DNA from: a bacterium UBP13_UBA5359
GTDB lineage: Bacteria > UBP13 > UBA5359
Direction: 5' to 3'
NCBI GenBank assembly: GCA_002410925.1
Contig: DHPR01000033.1
Span: forward strand, 1 to 64,000
Length of the DNA: 64,000 bases
Below are positions 1 to 9,011 of this stretch, in pieces (the first letter of the stretch is position 1; every line of letters starts with the position of its first letter). The position numbers and the translations under genes were made by a program. The notes under the pieces are model-generated. The model ran no database searches and was not told the DNA's origin. It worked only from the letters and a program-made list of their open reading frames with translations.

Positions 1-2
1 CA

Positions 3-914
3 GCGACTGCTCGGAAGGCCGCTGCACCGGCGAACGTAACGGGCAGTGCGGCTAAGGAAGCGCCTGAGGCGGAGTATGCAGTCAGAGCCGGAGCGGAGTC
101 CGTGGCGCATGAACTGGGAGTCGATCGCCAGGCAATGGCGGTTGCATCCAGACAGGCGGTAGGATCTGTGATACCTCAGATAGGTTCCTCTTTGGCAAAT
201 GAGATATCCTTTGCTGATAAATCATTTGCTGATAATGCCGAAAGGACTGGCGCGGCTCCGAAATTGTCTGTTGCCGTGCCGGCAAAAACAGCAGCTGCCG
301 AAGCTACGGCGGACGATGCTTCTTTTGGTAATGTCGAAGCGCCTTTCGGTAATATACCGCAAGTCGAGCCTCTTGGCCCTTCAGCTATTATTGCCGCTAA
401 CGTCACTGTAGGTAGTAAGAAACAGGTTGCTTCCGGATATAGCATGACACCTGAGGCTGAGTCTGTAACTATTCAGGCTTCAAGCGGAGCGTTAAGCGCG
501 CCGGTAGCACGGCAGGCATCCTTAGCAAAGGCCATGCCGCCAAAGGAAGGCACTATAAGCAGGCATGTGGCCGAAGTGGTTGCTGCCGCTAAAACGGTTG
601 CTTCAAATGTTCTGAGCATAAGGGGTAAAGTCATTCAACAGAGAGTTGCGCCTTATGTGGATGACGGCTACACGATGGCTGCGGCAAGAGAGCCTATGAA
701 TACCCTGGGTGCGGTTTTTACCTGGGACAAGAAGAACAAGAGCGTGTTGTGCGATTTCGGCATGAAGATACGTTTCACCATCGGAAGTAATATCGTTGAT
801 GTCGATGGACGAAGGCTGGTAATGCCGAAAGCTGCAAAAATCGTTAATGGCAGACTGGTTGTTCCAATAAGATTCCTCAGCGAACTAACCGGAGTTAATA
901 TCAACTGCAAGTAA
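3..914 (+). CDS. Partial (5' end outside window) Ala-rich protein with C-terminal copper amine oxidase N-terminal-like (stalk) domain
   Basis: Frame open from position 3; C-terminal APYVDDGYTMAAARE...LGAVFTWD...IRFTIGSN...AKIVNGRLVVPIRFLSELTG is typical of stalk domains. Confidence 0.7.
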   Translation, partial: ATARKAAAPANVTGSAAKEAPEAEYAVRAGAESVAHELGVDRQAMAVASRQAVGSVIPQIGSSLANEISFADKSFADNAERTGAAPKLSVAVPAKTAAAEATADDASFGNVEAPFGNIPQVEPLGPSAIIAANVTVGSKKQVASGYSMTPEAESVTIQASSGALSAPVARQASLAKAMPPKEGTISRHVAEVVAAAKTVASNVLSIRGKVIQQRVAPYVDDGYTMAAAREPMNTLGAVFTWDKKNKSVLCDFGMKIRFTIGSNIVDVDGRRLVMPKAAKIVNGRLVVPIRFLSELTGVNINCK

Positions 915-922
915 CGGATAAA

Positions 923-953
923 AAGGGAGGGGCGTTGAGCCCCTCCCTTGCTT
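923..953 (+). terminator. Intrinsic terminator hairpin
   Basis: AAGGGAGGGGC-GTTGA-GCCCCTCCCTT just after the stop at 914. Confidence 0.7.
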
Positions 954-1014
954 GATACCGCCTCTATTTATTATCAATATCCTCTGATATAATTAATAAG
1001 CCGATAAACTTATA

Positions 1015-2493
1015 ATGGAGATTGAGATGGAGAGAGAGACCAGAGTAAGATTTGCTCCAAGCCCGACAGGATATCTGCATGTCGGTGGAGCTCGAACAGC
1101 ATTATTTAATTATCTATTTGCCAGGAATACAGGAGGGAAATTTATCCTGCGCATTGAAGATACCGATCTGGAGCGTTCCAGCGAAGAAGCCATGCGGGAT
1201 ATATTGCAAGGTTTGAGATGGCTGGGACTGGAGTGGGATGAAGGACCGCAGGTAGGGGGCGACAGAGGCCCTTATTTTCAAACCGAGCGTATTGACCTGT
1301 ATACTGCTTACATGAACCAGCTTGAGCGTGAGGGCCTGGCTTATCGCTGTTATTGCACAACCGAAGAACTGAGTGCCGAAAGAGAGCGCGCCGCAGCAGA
1401 GGGACGCGAGTATAAATATAATGAGAAATGTCGTCGGCTCGCACCGAATGAACGTGAACAGCGATCTCGTGCCGGCACTCCTTCCGTGCTGCGTTTTGCC
1501 ATGACGCCCGGAACGACAATAGTTGATGATATGGTTCGAGGCCGGGTAAGCTTTGATAACGCATTGTTGGATGATTTCGTTATCGTAAAGTCGGATGGTA
1601 TGGCAACCTATAACTTTGCTGTTGTGGTGGATGATGCTCTGATGGGAATAACCCATGTTATCAGAGGAGAGGATCATCTTTCCAATACACCGCGGCAGAT
1701 ACTTTTATACAAGGCTCTGGGCTTCGCTCTTCCCAGGTTTGCCCATATCCCCTTGATAATGGGGGCTGACAGGACCAGGCTGAGCAAGCGCCATGGCGCC
1801 ACGGCAGTAACGAGTTATAGAGATCAGGGTATATTGCCACAGGCCATGATTAATTTTCTGGCTCTGCTCGGCTGGGGTTATGGTGACAAGCAATTATTCG
1901 ATATGGCTGAACTATGTGAACTCTTTAGTATTGAGCGGGTCAATAAGAACCCTGCCGTCTTCGATACCGATAAGCTGGAATGGATGAACGGCCAGTATAT
2001 CAGGGCTATGAATATTGACGACCTGTATCAGGTTGGATTTCCTTATTTGCTGCAGGCCGGTCTGGTATCGGAAGAACCTGATGAAGGGATGATAATGAAG
2101 TGTAAAGAGGCACTGCGGCTGGTTCAAGACCGCCTGCGTTACTTAAGCGAGATACCTGATTTGACGGTCTTCTTTTTCGAACGCCCCGACGGCTATGAGC
2201 CTGAAGCTGCAGATAAATGGTTCGCACGTTCAGAGACGGCAATCAGATTTGAAAAGATGGTTTCCGGGTTACAGAGCATGGCCCTCTTTAATGTAGAAGC
2301 AGTTGAAACGCTGATACGGAATTCAGCTTCTATGGAGGGAATCAAGGCTGGGGAATTGATACATCCGCTAAGATTGGCTCTCACCGGGCGCAAGGCAAGC
2401 CCTGGCATATTTGAAACTATGGAATTAATCGGCCGCGATGAATGCGTTATACGCTTACAGAAGGCTGTGGAGTTTATCAGGGAACATCTATAG
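1015..2493 (+). CDS. gltX: Glutamate--tRNA ligase (start may be 1027)
   Basis: RVRFAPSPTGYLHVGG (HIGH-like), LRIEDTD, RLSKRHG (KMSKS-like). Confidence 0.97.
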   Translation: MEIEMERETRVRFAPSPTGYLHVGGARTALFNYLFARNTGGKFILRIEDTDLERSSEEAMRDILQGLRWLGLEWDEGPQVGGDRGPYFQTERIDLYTAYMNQLEREGLAYRCYCTTEELSAERERAAAEGREYKYNEKCRRLAPNEREQRSRAGTPSVLRFAMTPGTTIVDDMVRGRVSFDNALLDDFVIVKSDGMATYNFAVVVDDALMGITHVIRGEDHLSNTPRQILLYKALGFALPRFAHIPLIMGADRTRLSKRHGATAVTSYRDQGILPQAMINFLALLGWGYGDKQLFDMAELCELFSIERVNKNPAVFDTDKLEWMNGQYIRAMNIDDLYQVGFPYLLQAGLVSEEPDEGMIMKCKEALRLVQDRLRYLSEIPDLTVFFFERPDGYEPEAADKWFARSETAIRFEKMVSGLQSMALFNVEAVETLIRNSASMEGIKAGELIHPLRLALTGRKASPGIFETMELIGRDECVIRLQKAVEFIREHL

Positions 2494-2539
2494 GCAAAGT
2501 TGTTTTGTCATTTCCTTTCGCGGGTAGAACCCTCTCATA

Positions 2540-2863
2540 ATGAACGAAAACGAATTATATCATCAAGTGTATCGCCGATGGTACGGCACTCCCAGATATA
2601 GAGCAGGGCTTTACGGACCGGATTATGAAAATGCTGCAGGAATCAGGAATGATAACGATATCAAGAGAGATATCGATGACGGGCTTTCCGGCAGTAATGA
2701 TACAAAGGGTTTATCTGTTGAGGTTCATGTCGAAGAGGGGGTAGTCATACTTAGAGGAAGTGTTCCCGATATTGAACACAAGCGGTTAGCTGGAGAGATT
2801 GCCTGGAAGGTATGCGGCGTTGTCGATGTAGTGAATGAGTTGCTGTCCGGTGCAGCAGAATAG
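2540..2863 (+). CDS. BON domain protein
   Basis: DNDIKRDI...VEVHVEEGVVILRGSVP...AGEIAWKVCGVVDVVNEL matches the BON pattern. Confidence 0.85.
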   Translation: MNENELYHQVYRRWYGTPRYRAGLYGPDYENAAGIRNDNDIKRDIDDGLSGSNDTKGLSVEVHVEEGVVILRGSVPDIEHKRLAGEIAWKVCGVVDVVNELLSGAAE

Positions 2864-2911
2864 CAGAGCTGTCCCTTGAATAACGGCCGGTGAAGACAGG
2901 TATTATAATTA

Positions 2912-2940
2912 TTGACGCTTTATGGAAAATAAGCTAATAT
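2912..2940 (+). promoter_or_regulatory. Sigma70-type promoter
   Basis: TTGACG-N17-TAATAT upstream of the HTH gene. Confidence 0.6.
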
Positions 2941-2986
2941 TAATGTTCGTGTGATAAAATATTATGGCGTTAATAAAGGCTAGGAG

Positions 2987-3394
2987 GTGACCGGCTTGGA
3001 GCTTGGGGATTATTTGAGGCTTGCACGTGAGAGCCTTCATTTGAATTACAGCAATGTAACGTATCTATCGAGTGGAGAGGTATCGCAGAACTATCTGGCG
3101 CAGCTGGAAAATGATAAAATAAAGCAACCGTCAATAAGGAAGCTTCACATGCTATCCTCTATATACGGCATTCCTTATTATCAGATACTGCACGTGGCCG
3201 GTTACCTGAGTGATAATAAGAAAAGCGAGAAAGAGATTGTCGGTCATATTGCGCAGGATCAACCGTATCTCAAGGAAGCGCTTGATGATCTGCTGGCATC
3301 TATGCCCGAGGAGCTCGATGCTCAGGAGCGGAAGAATGTCCTGATGGGATTCGGGTTTGCATCTAAATATATAAAGATAGCCAGGAATGCGTAA
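2987..3394 (+). CDS. XRE-family helix-turn-helix regulator
   Basis: LGDYLRLARE...VSQNYLAQLENDKIKQPSIRKLHMLSSIYG...AGY; GGAG SD before GTG. Confidence 0.85.
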   Translation: MTGLELGDYLRLARESLHLNYSNVTYLSSGEVSQNYLAQLENDKIKQPSIRKLHMLSSIYGIPYYQILHVAGYLSDNKKSEKEIVGHIAQDQPYLKEALDDLLASMPEELDAQERKNVLMGFGFASKYIKIARNA

Positions 3395-3427
3395 ACCCTT
3401 TATATCAGCAAAACGACGAGGTCATAG

Positions 3428-3440
3428 TGCTCTTTGAAAA
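3428..3440 (+). promoter_or_regulatory. boxA-like antitermination element
   Basis: TGCTCTTTGAAAA 9 nt before tRNA-Ser. Confidence 0.55.
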
Positions 3441-3449
3441 TTATAACGC

Positions 3450-3534
3450 GGAGGGTGTCCGGGTGGTGAGGAAGCGGTCTTGAAAACCGTCGCCCCGAAA
3501 GGGGTTGCAGGTTCGAATCCTGTGCCCTCCGCCA
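3450..3534 (+). tRNA. tRNA-Ser (TGA), long variable arm, non-canonical D-region
   Basis: Anticodon arm GCGGT-CTTGAAA-ACCGT; variable arm GCCCC-GAAA-GGGGT; T-loop TTCGAAT; G73-CCA. Confidence 0.9.
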
Positions 3535-3545
3535 GCGTTTTTATC

Positions 3546-3574
3546 TTGCCAAAGCAAGATTTCTGTGGTAAAAT
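3546..3574 (+). promoter_or_regulatory. Sigma70-type promoter for tRNA-Glu(CTC)
   Basis: TTGCCA-N17-TAAAAT with TG extension. Confidence 0.65.
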
Positions 3575-3587
3575 ACAGCAATGTTGT

Positions 3588-3663
3588 GGCGCATTCGTCT
3601 AGTGGCCTAGGATGCCGCCCTCTCACGGCGGTGACAGGGGTTCGAGTCCCCTATGCGCTACCA
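3588..3663 (+). tRNA. tRNA-Glu (CTC)
   Basis: Cloverleaf; CCGCC-CTCTCAC-GGCGG; encoded CCA. Confidence 0.95.
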
Positions 3664-3694
3664 AAAATAACGGCGCAAGCCGTATTTTTGTTTT
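3664..3694 (+). terminator. Intrinsic terminator
   Basis: ACGGC-GCAA-GCCGT followed by a T-rich tract. Confidence 0.6.
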
Positions 3695-3737
3695 GATTGA
3701 AAAGCAGGGTTTCGTTTGATTTAATTTCGGTGCACGT

Positions 3738-3813
3738 GGCGCTGTCGTCTAGCGGTTAGGACATCGCCCTTTCACGGCGAAGATCGCGGGTTCGAATCCC
3801 GCCAGCGTCACCA
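3738..3813 (+). tRNA. tRNA-Glu (TTC)
   Basis: Cloverleaf; TCGCC-CTTTCAC-GGCGA; A73-CCA. Confidence 0.93.
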
Positions 3814-3819
3814 AAAAAT

Positions 3820-3895
3820 GGGCGACTAGCTCAGTGGTTAGAGCGCTTGCTTCACACGCAAGAGGCCACAGGTTCGAATCCCGTGTCGCCCACCA
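3820..3895 (+). tRNA. tRNA-Val (CAC)
   Basis: Cloverleaf; CTTGC-TTCACAC-GCAAG; encoded CCA; one A-C mismatch in the T-stem. Confidence 0.95.
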
Positions 3896-3897
3896 TC

Positions 3898-3925
3898 TTG
3901 ACAAAAACGGCTTGTACGCTAAAAT
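3898..3925 (+). promoter_or_regulatory. Sigma70-type promoter for tRNA-Asp
   Basis: TTGACA-N16-TAAAAT. Confidence 0.65.
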
Positions 3926-3945
3926 ATAAATGAAAATAGATTTTC

Positions 3946-4022
3946 GGAGCTGTCGTCTAGCGGTTTAGGACATCGCCCTGTCACGGCGAAGATCGAGGGT
4001 TCGAATCCCTTCAGCTCCGCCA
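3946..4022 (+). tRNA. tRNA-Asp (GTC)
   Basis: Cloverleaf; TCGCC-CTGTCAC-GGCGA; G73-CCA. Confidence 0.95.
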
Positions 4023-4036
4023 ACAATATCCATAAC

Positions 4037-4065
4037 CCGCTCCGGAATCGGAGCGGCTTTCTTTT
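4037..4065 (+). terminator. Intrinsic terminator after the tRNA cluster
   Basis: CCGCTCCG-GAAT-CGGAGCGG followed by CTTTCTTTT. Confidence 0.8.
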
Positions 4066-4108
4066 ATCCCCATCAGGATACGATCAATATTTATTTCCGT
4101 CTGCTTGA

Positions 4109-6109
4109 TTAACTCAATTTCAGGCTTTGGGCATTGATCGTTACGATAAGAGTGCTCAGCGTCATAATGACCGCTCCCATAGCCGGGCTGAAGAGTATGC
4201 CCAGATTATAGAGGGCGCCTGCCGCTAAAGGCAAGGCAATGATGTTGTAACCGGTGGCCCAAAGAAGGTTCTGCACCATCTTATTATAGGCGGCTCTGGA
4301 TAGCTCGATAATTGTAACTGCATCGAGTGGATTACTCTTTACCAGAATCACATCTGCCGCTTCCAGCGCCACATCGGTACCGGCGCCGATAGCTATGCCG
4401 ACATCGGCCTGTGCCAATGCCGGAGCGTCGTTGATGCCGTCTCCTACCATACCTACTATCAGATTCCTCTTCTGTATCTCTTTTACCCTGGCGGCCTTCT
4501 GATCAGGAAGAACTCCGGCAAAATACTCCTTGATGCCGGTATTTTTTGCTACCCAGGCTGCTGTCTGTGGATTATCGCCGGTTAGCATTATCGTTTTAAT
4601 ATCCATCCGGCTTAAGCGTGAGACCGCTTCTGCTGCTTCAGGCTTTATGGTGTCGGTCAGGGCTATGGCGCCGATAATCTCTTCATCCATGATTACAAAG
4701 ACTACCGTTTTGCCTTGCAAGGCCGGATCCTTTAGGATTTGCTCTTTTAACAGATCCTTGCTCTCTTGAAGATATCCCGGTCCTACAACTTTAATATCAT
4801 GGCCGTTAATCTCTCCCTGAGCTCCTTTGCCCGGCAGGGCGCGGAAGGATACAACTTCTTCTGTAGAAGAAGTTGCGGCTGCAATAGCCTGAGCAAGGGG
4901 ATGCTCGGAACGCTTCTCTATCGAGGCGGCCAGGGAGATAACGCTTTTTGGTGATATCTTTTCGGAGAGGGCCAGAATATCGGTTACGCCAAATTTACCT
5001 TCGGTCAATGTTCCGGTTTTATCATATATCAGGGCTTTAATATCTTTGGCTCTTTCAAAGGCGAGGCGATTTCTTATCAGTAAGCCTTTACTGGCGGACA
5101 ATGAGGTCGAGGTGGAGATAACCAGGGGTATGGCCAGACCAAGGGCGTGAGGGCAGGCGATAACCATCACTGTTACCGTGCGTTCCAGTGCAAAGGCCAG
5201 TCCTGCTTTCACTACCAGCATCCATACTATCAGAGTTGAAGCGCCGCTCCCGAGTGCCGTCAGCGTCAACCACATGGCGGTACGATCCGCCAGGCTCTGA
5301 ACTTTGGACTTGCTTGCTTGCGCCTGATGCACTAATTCCACTACCTGGGAGAGATAAGATTCCCGGCCGGTTTTCGTTACTCTGGCAGTTATGGAGCCTT
5401 CGCTGTTGACTGATCCGCCGATAAGAGGATCCCCGGGCGTTTTGATTACCGGCTGCACTTCGCCTGTCAGCATGGCCTCATTTACCGATGTTTCACCTTC
5501 GATAACTACTCCATCTGCGGGTATTCGTTCTCCGGGCTTGATCATGACCATGTTTCCTGGCAGCAATTTTTCGGTGGGTATCTCCTTTATCGTTCCGTCG
5601 TCTTCCAGCAGATGGGCTTCCGCCGGAAGCAGGCGTGCCAGTTCTTCCAGGGCTCGTGATGCTCCTCTGACGGATCGCATCTCCAGCCAGTGCCCCAAGA
5701 GCATTATATCGATAAGGGTGGCAAGTTCCCAGAAGAGAGCGGAGCCGGGCAGCCCCAGCACTATGGCGCTGCTGTAAAAATAGGCTGTGGTGATAGCTAT
5801 AGCCACGAGCGTCTTCATGCCCGGCTGCCTGGCTTGCAATTCGTCGGATATGCCTGCTAGAAAGGGGTAGCCGCCGTAAAAGTATATAAATGAGGCTAAG
5901 AGAAAGGAGATATATTCAGCGCCCTTGAAAGCCAGGTATCTGCCGAAAGGCAATAAATCTCCAATGGAAGGCGACAGGAAGAGAAGAGGCAGGGTCAGAA
6001 CAGCCGATACCAGGAAACGTTTCCAGTAATCGGCTGTCATGGCGGCATCATGATGCTCGGAAGAGGCCGCCGATTCTGTATTATCGGTCGCCGGCGCGGA
6101 GTTTTTCAT
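4109..6109 (-). CDS. copB: Copper-translocating P1B-type ATPase (CPH subtype)
   Basis: IACPHALGLA, DKTGTLT, SEHPLA, GDGINDAPALA, GYN and MTLS motifs. Confidence 0.9.
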   Translation of the reverse strand: MKNSAPATDNTESAASSEHHDAAMTADYWKRFLVSAVLTLPLLFLSPSIGDLLPFGRYLAFKGAEYISFLLASFIYFYGGYPFLAGISDELQARQPGMKTLVAIAITTAYFYSSAIVLGLPGSALFWELATLIDIMLLGHWLEMRSVRGASRALEELARLLPAEAHLLEDDGTIKEIPTEKLLPGNMVMIKPGERIPADGVVIEGETSVNEAMLTGEVQPVIKTPGDPLIGGSVNSEGSITARVTKTGRESYLSQVVELVHQAQASKSKVQSLADRTAMWLTLTALGSGASTLIVWMLVVKAGLAFALERTVTVMVIACPHALGLAIPLVISTSTSLSASKGLLIRNRLAFERAKDIKALIYDKTGTLTEGKFGVTDILALSEKISPKSVISLAASIEKRSEHPLAQAIAAATSSTEEVVSFRALPGKGAQGEINGHDIKVVGPGYLQESKDLLKEQILKDPALQGKTVVFVIMDEEIIGAIALTDTIKPEAAEAVSRLSRMDIKTIMLTGDNPQTAAWVAKNTGIKEYFAGVLPDQKAARVKEIQKRNLIVGMVGDGINDAPALAQADVGIAIGAGTDVALEAADVILVKSNPLDAVTIIELSRAAYNKMVQNLLWATGYNIIALPLAAGALYNLGILFSPAMGAVIMTLSTLIVTINAQSLKLS

Positions 6110-6375
6110 AATCTCTTTATACCCGGTCGATTAACTTTGTAAATTATTCTTCTTTCTTAAAATCTGGCAGGATAATTGATTTTTCCGGCGAATAGGCAAT
6201 GAAGACAGTTAAGTCCCTGGAAGAATACTTAGAGCAGGGGCAGGCCACAACTGTTTTTGATAGTCTCTCCGAATGGAGAAAGGGGTCTTTTTTCAGCCGT
6301 TTTGGGGAATATTTTAGGGAATAATATCCGGAGGTGCCTGCAGGGCAGGTTCGGAAATTTTCAGAGGGTGATGGC

Positions 6376-8976
6376 ATGTCAACATCTCACCATATCCTGG
6401 GGTATGTAAAGAGGGCTTGCATGAGGAGCCTGAATTATTTATCATTTTTTGTTTCTCCCTTCTTTTGCTCTTTTTTTATTCTGCTATGCTCTATCGGTAG
6501 CGCTTTTGCCGGTGAAAATGCAGAGATTGCCGCAGGGCTACGTCCGTTCGGTTATGATTTCTTTGCTGAGTCTGCATCTGCGCTTCAGAGCGTAAGTCCG
6601 ATTGTCCCCGCTGATTATCGGCTTGGTCCCGGAGATAAGTTGCTTGTACGTTATTGGACACCTGCGATAAATGAAATAGCGCATGAATCGACGGTGAACC
6701 GCAATGGGATACTGACTCTTCCAGATATTGGCGAGATAGAGGTGTCAGGGCTGACTCAGGCTGAATTCAGGCGTCGCTTAGGAGAGAGGCTGAAAGAATA
6801 TCTTAAAGAGCCCTCTTGCAGCGCTGAACTTATGGAGCCCAGAGTGCTGACCGTATTTGTTTCCGGAGCTGCTGTGCGCCCGGGGCGTTATACAGTAAGC
6901 GCTCTCTCTGATATATTTGACGTAATCTGCGCCGCCGGCGGGCCGTCTTATGACGGCAGCATGAGGGAGATTGCTTTGAAACGGAGAGGGAAAAGAATAG
7001 CGGTCATGGATATCTACAGGCTATTGCTTGAAGGTGTCTGCGATGCCGATGAAATGCTGCATGACGGCGACATAATCTTTATACCGGTTACCGGCCCTAG
7101 AGTGGCTGTGACGGGCCAGGTGCTGCGTTCTGCACTGTATGAAGTGAAAGATGGAACAACAGTGGCGGAAGTGTTGTATATGGCCGGGGGTATAAAAGCA
7201 ACGGCATATCCTCATATACTGCGCCTGCAACGCATTGAAAACGGCAGAAGGGTTGAGAGAACTCTGGATGCCGGGGCGATGCTGGCAGATTCACGTCATG
7301 CCGATAATATCACTGTAAAGAGTGGCGATATTTTGTCAGTGGACAAGGCCTCCGATATCATAGCCGGCCGTGTCGAGATACGGGGAAATGTTGAATTTCC
7401 CGGCTATTACTCCATTGCCAGAACGCCGACAGCCAGAGCTCTTGTCGCTGAAGCCAGATTGCGCCCGGGGACATATCAGGCTCGTGCTGATATCGATCGT
7501 ACTCTTGAAGATGGAACGCCTGTGATCATTCCGTTGCCGTTAAAAGCGGTTATGGATAATGCTGCTGAGGATATTCCATTATGCGATACGGATCAGGTGG
7601 TCATTTACCGAAGGGATGAGAAGGTCATAATCCCTCTGGTATCGGTTGAGGGTGCCGTTAAGCACCCTGCTTCATACCGCCTGGCAGAGGGGATGAGAAT
7701 CAGCGATCTGCTCTTTGCTGCCGGCGGCCTTTTGCCCGAAGCAGCTGCTGATGTTGCTCATCTCTACAGGCGTATCGGTCCCGATACATACAGAATAACG
7801 AGGTTGCTTCCGGTTCCTGCTGTTATGGCGGGGGCAGAAGATAATTACATTCTTGAAGAGGGCGACAGACTAGTGATATACCGACAGCAGGATATAGTTT
7901 GTGAGCAGGAGAAAATACGCCTGGTCGGGGAGGTACAGCGTCCGGGAGAGTATCGTTTTTACGAAGGGTTAACAATCTACGACCTCCTTTTGCAGGCCGG
8001 CGGCCCCACCGCCTTTGCTGCCGGCACAGTGGAGATTGCCGCGGGTTTGCCTGCTGAAAGGACCGGAAATGCTGGAACGGAGGTTAAAGTTCTCTCTGTT
8101 GATAATGTAATAAAGGGCGTGGGACGTGATTTGCCGGTAACTCCCGGCATGCTGGTTTCCCTGCCTAAACGAGGCAATAGCTCATTTGAACCTCGCTCGG
8201 TGGAACTGAAAGGGTTTTTCCGGTCGCCCGGAACATATGCACTTTTATATGATGGAGAAAAACTGGAATCGCTTGTTGCCAGAGCCGGCGGATTTACGGA
8301 TGATGCGGATCCTTTCGGCCTTTCTATTATCAGGCGCAAAGAAGAGATGTTATCGGCTGCCGGCAGTGAGCAGTTGAAAGCGGTGCTGGAATCCCTGGAT
8401 CGCCTGCTGCCGTCAATTGCCGACGGCATGGGCAAGCCTTTGGATGGCGGCACAGCAGTGCTTGACAGGGATGCGCCGTTAACGGCGCTGTCAGGCCTGG
8501 CGCTCAGCAAGACAGCGGACAAGGTGCTGCTGATTTCACCACGACGCCTCTCAGACCATCCCTCCGGAAATCGCATCAGCATCGATCTGGAGAGCCGGGA
8601 AACTTATCTCAGCCGCCTGGGAGGGGTGCGGTTATCTGATGGCGATATCGTGGAAGTTCCGCGACACAGTGAGGTAGTTCATGTGCTGGGCGCTGTAACC
8701 TCTCCAGGCCCGGTGCTGTATCAATCCACCTCTTCTATAGATGATTATATAGCACGCGTCGGCGGCCGGCTTCCTGATGCGGATATGGAGCATGCCGTTA
8801 TGGTGAAGCTTTCCGGCGCTGTCCAGCCCTTATCCGGAAAGGCTGTCATAGATCCTGGCGATGTCATTGTCGTGGCCTCTAAGTATCAGGTGATACAGCC
8901 ACCTATCAAGCGTACGCTGAGCAATGTTCTGGCAGATATTCTGGGTGCCGCATTGATAATAAGAGGGCTTAAATAG
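6376..8976 (+). CDS. Polysaccharide export protein with multiple SLBB domains (Wza/KpsD-like); start could be 6421
   Basis: LRPFGYDFF, ADYRLGPGDKL (Poly_export), several G.V..PG.Y...AGG SLBB repeats, N-terminal hydrophobic signal. Confidence 0.88.
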   Translation: MSTSHHILGYVKRACMRSLNYLSFFVSPFFCSFFILLCSIGSAFAGENAEIAAGLRPFGYDFFAESASALQSVSPIVPADYRLGPGDKLLVRYWTPAINEIAHESTVNRNGILTLPDIGEIEVSGLTQAEFRRRLGERLKEYLKEPSCSAELMEPRVLTVFVSGAAVRPGRYTVSALSDIFDVICAAGGPSYDGSMREIALKRRGKRIAVMDIYRLLLEGVCDADEMLHDGDIIFIPVTGPRVAVTGQVLRSALYEVKDGTTVAEVLYMAGGIKATAYPHILRLQRIENGRRVERTLDAGAMLADSRHADNITVKSGDILSVDKASDIIAGRVEIRGNVEFPGYYSIARTPTARALVAEARLRPGTYQARADIDRTLEDGTPVIIPLPLKAVMDNAAEDIPLCDTDQVVIYRRDEKVIIPLVSVEGAVKHPASYRLAEGMRISDLLFAAGGLLPEAAADVAHLYRRIGPDTYRITRLLPVPAVMAGAEDNYILEEGDRLVIYRQQDIVCEQEKIRLVGEVQRPGEYRFYEGLTIYDLLLQAGGPTAFAAGTVEIAAGLPAERTGNAGTEVKVLSVDNVIKGVGRDLPVTPGMLVSLPKRGNSSFEPRSVELKGFFRSPGTYALLYDGEKLESLVARAGGFTDDADPFGLSIIRRKEEMLSAAGSEQLKAVLESLDRLLPSIADGMGKPLDGGTAVLDRDAPLTALSGLALSKTADKVLLISPRRLSDHPSGNRISIDLESRETYLSRLGGVRLSDGDIVEVPRHSEVVHVLGAVTSPGPVLYQSTSSIDDYIARVGGRLPDADMEHAVMVKLSGAVQPLSGKAVIDPGDVIVVASKYQVIQPPIKRTLSNVLADILGAALIIRGLK

Positions 8977-9011
8977 AGTCATTCTCAATAAGAGCTATGG
9001 AGGGAGTTCCT

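Noticed and set aside
2987-6109. Integrated element at the tRNA cluster (XRE regulator, copB)
   Set aside because: No integrase and no duplicated tRNA 3' end seen
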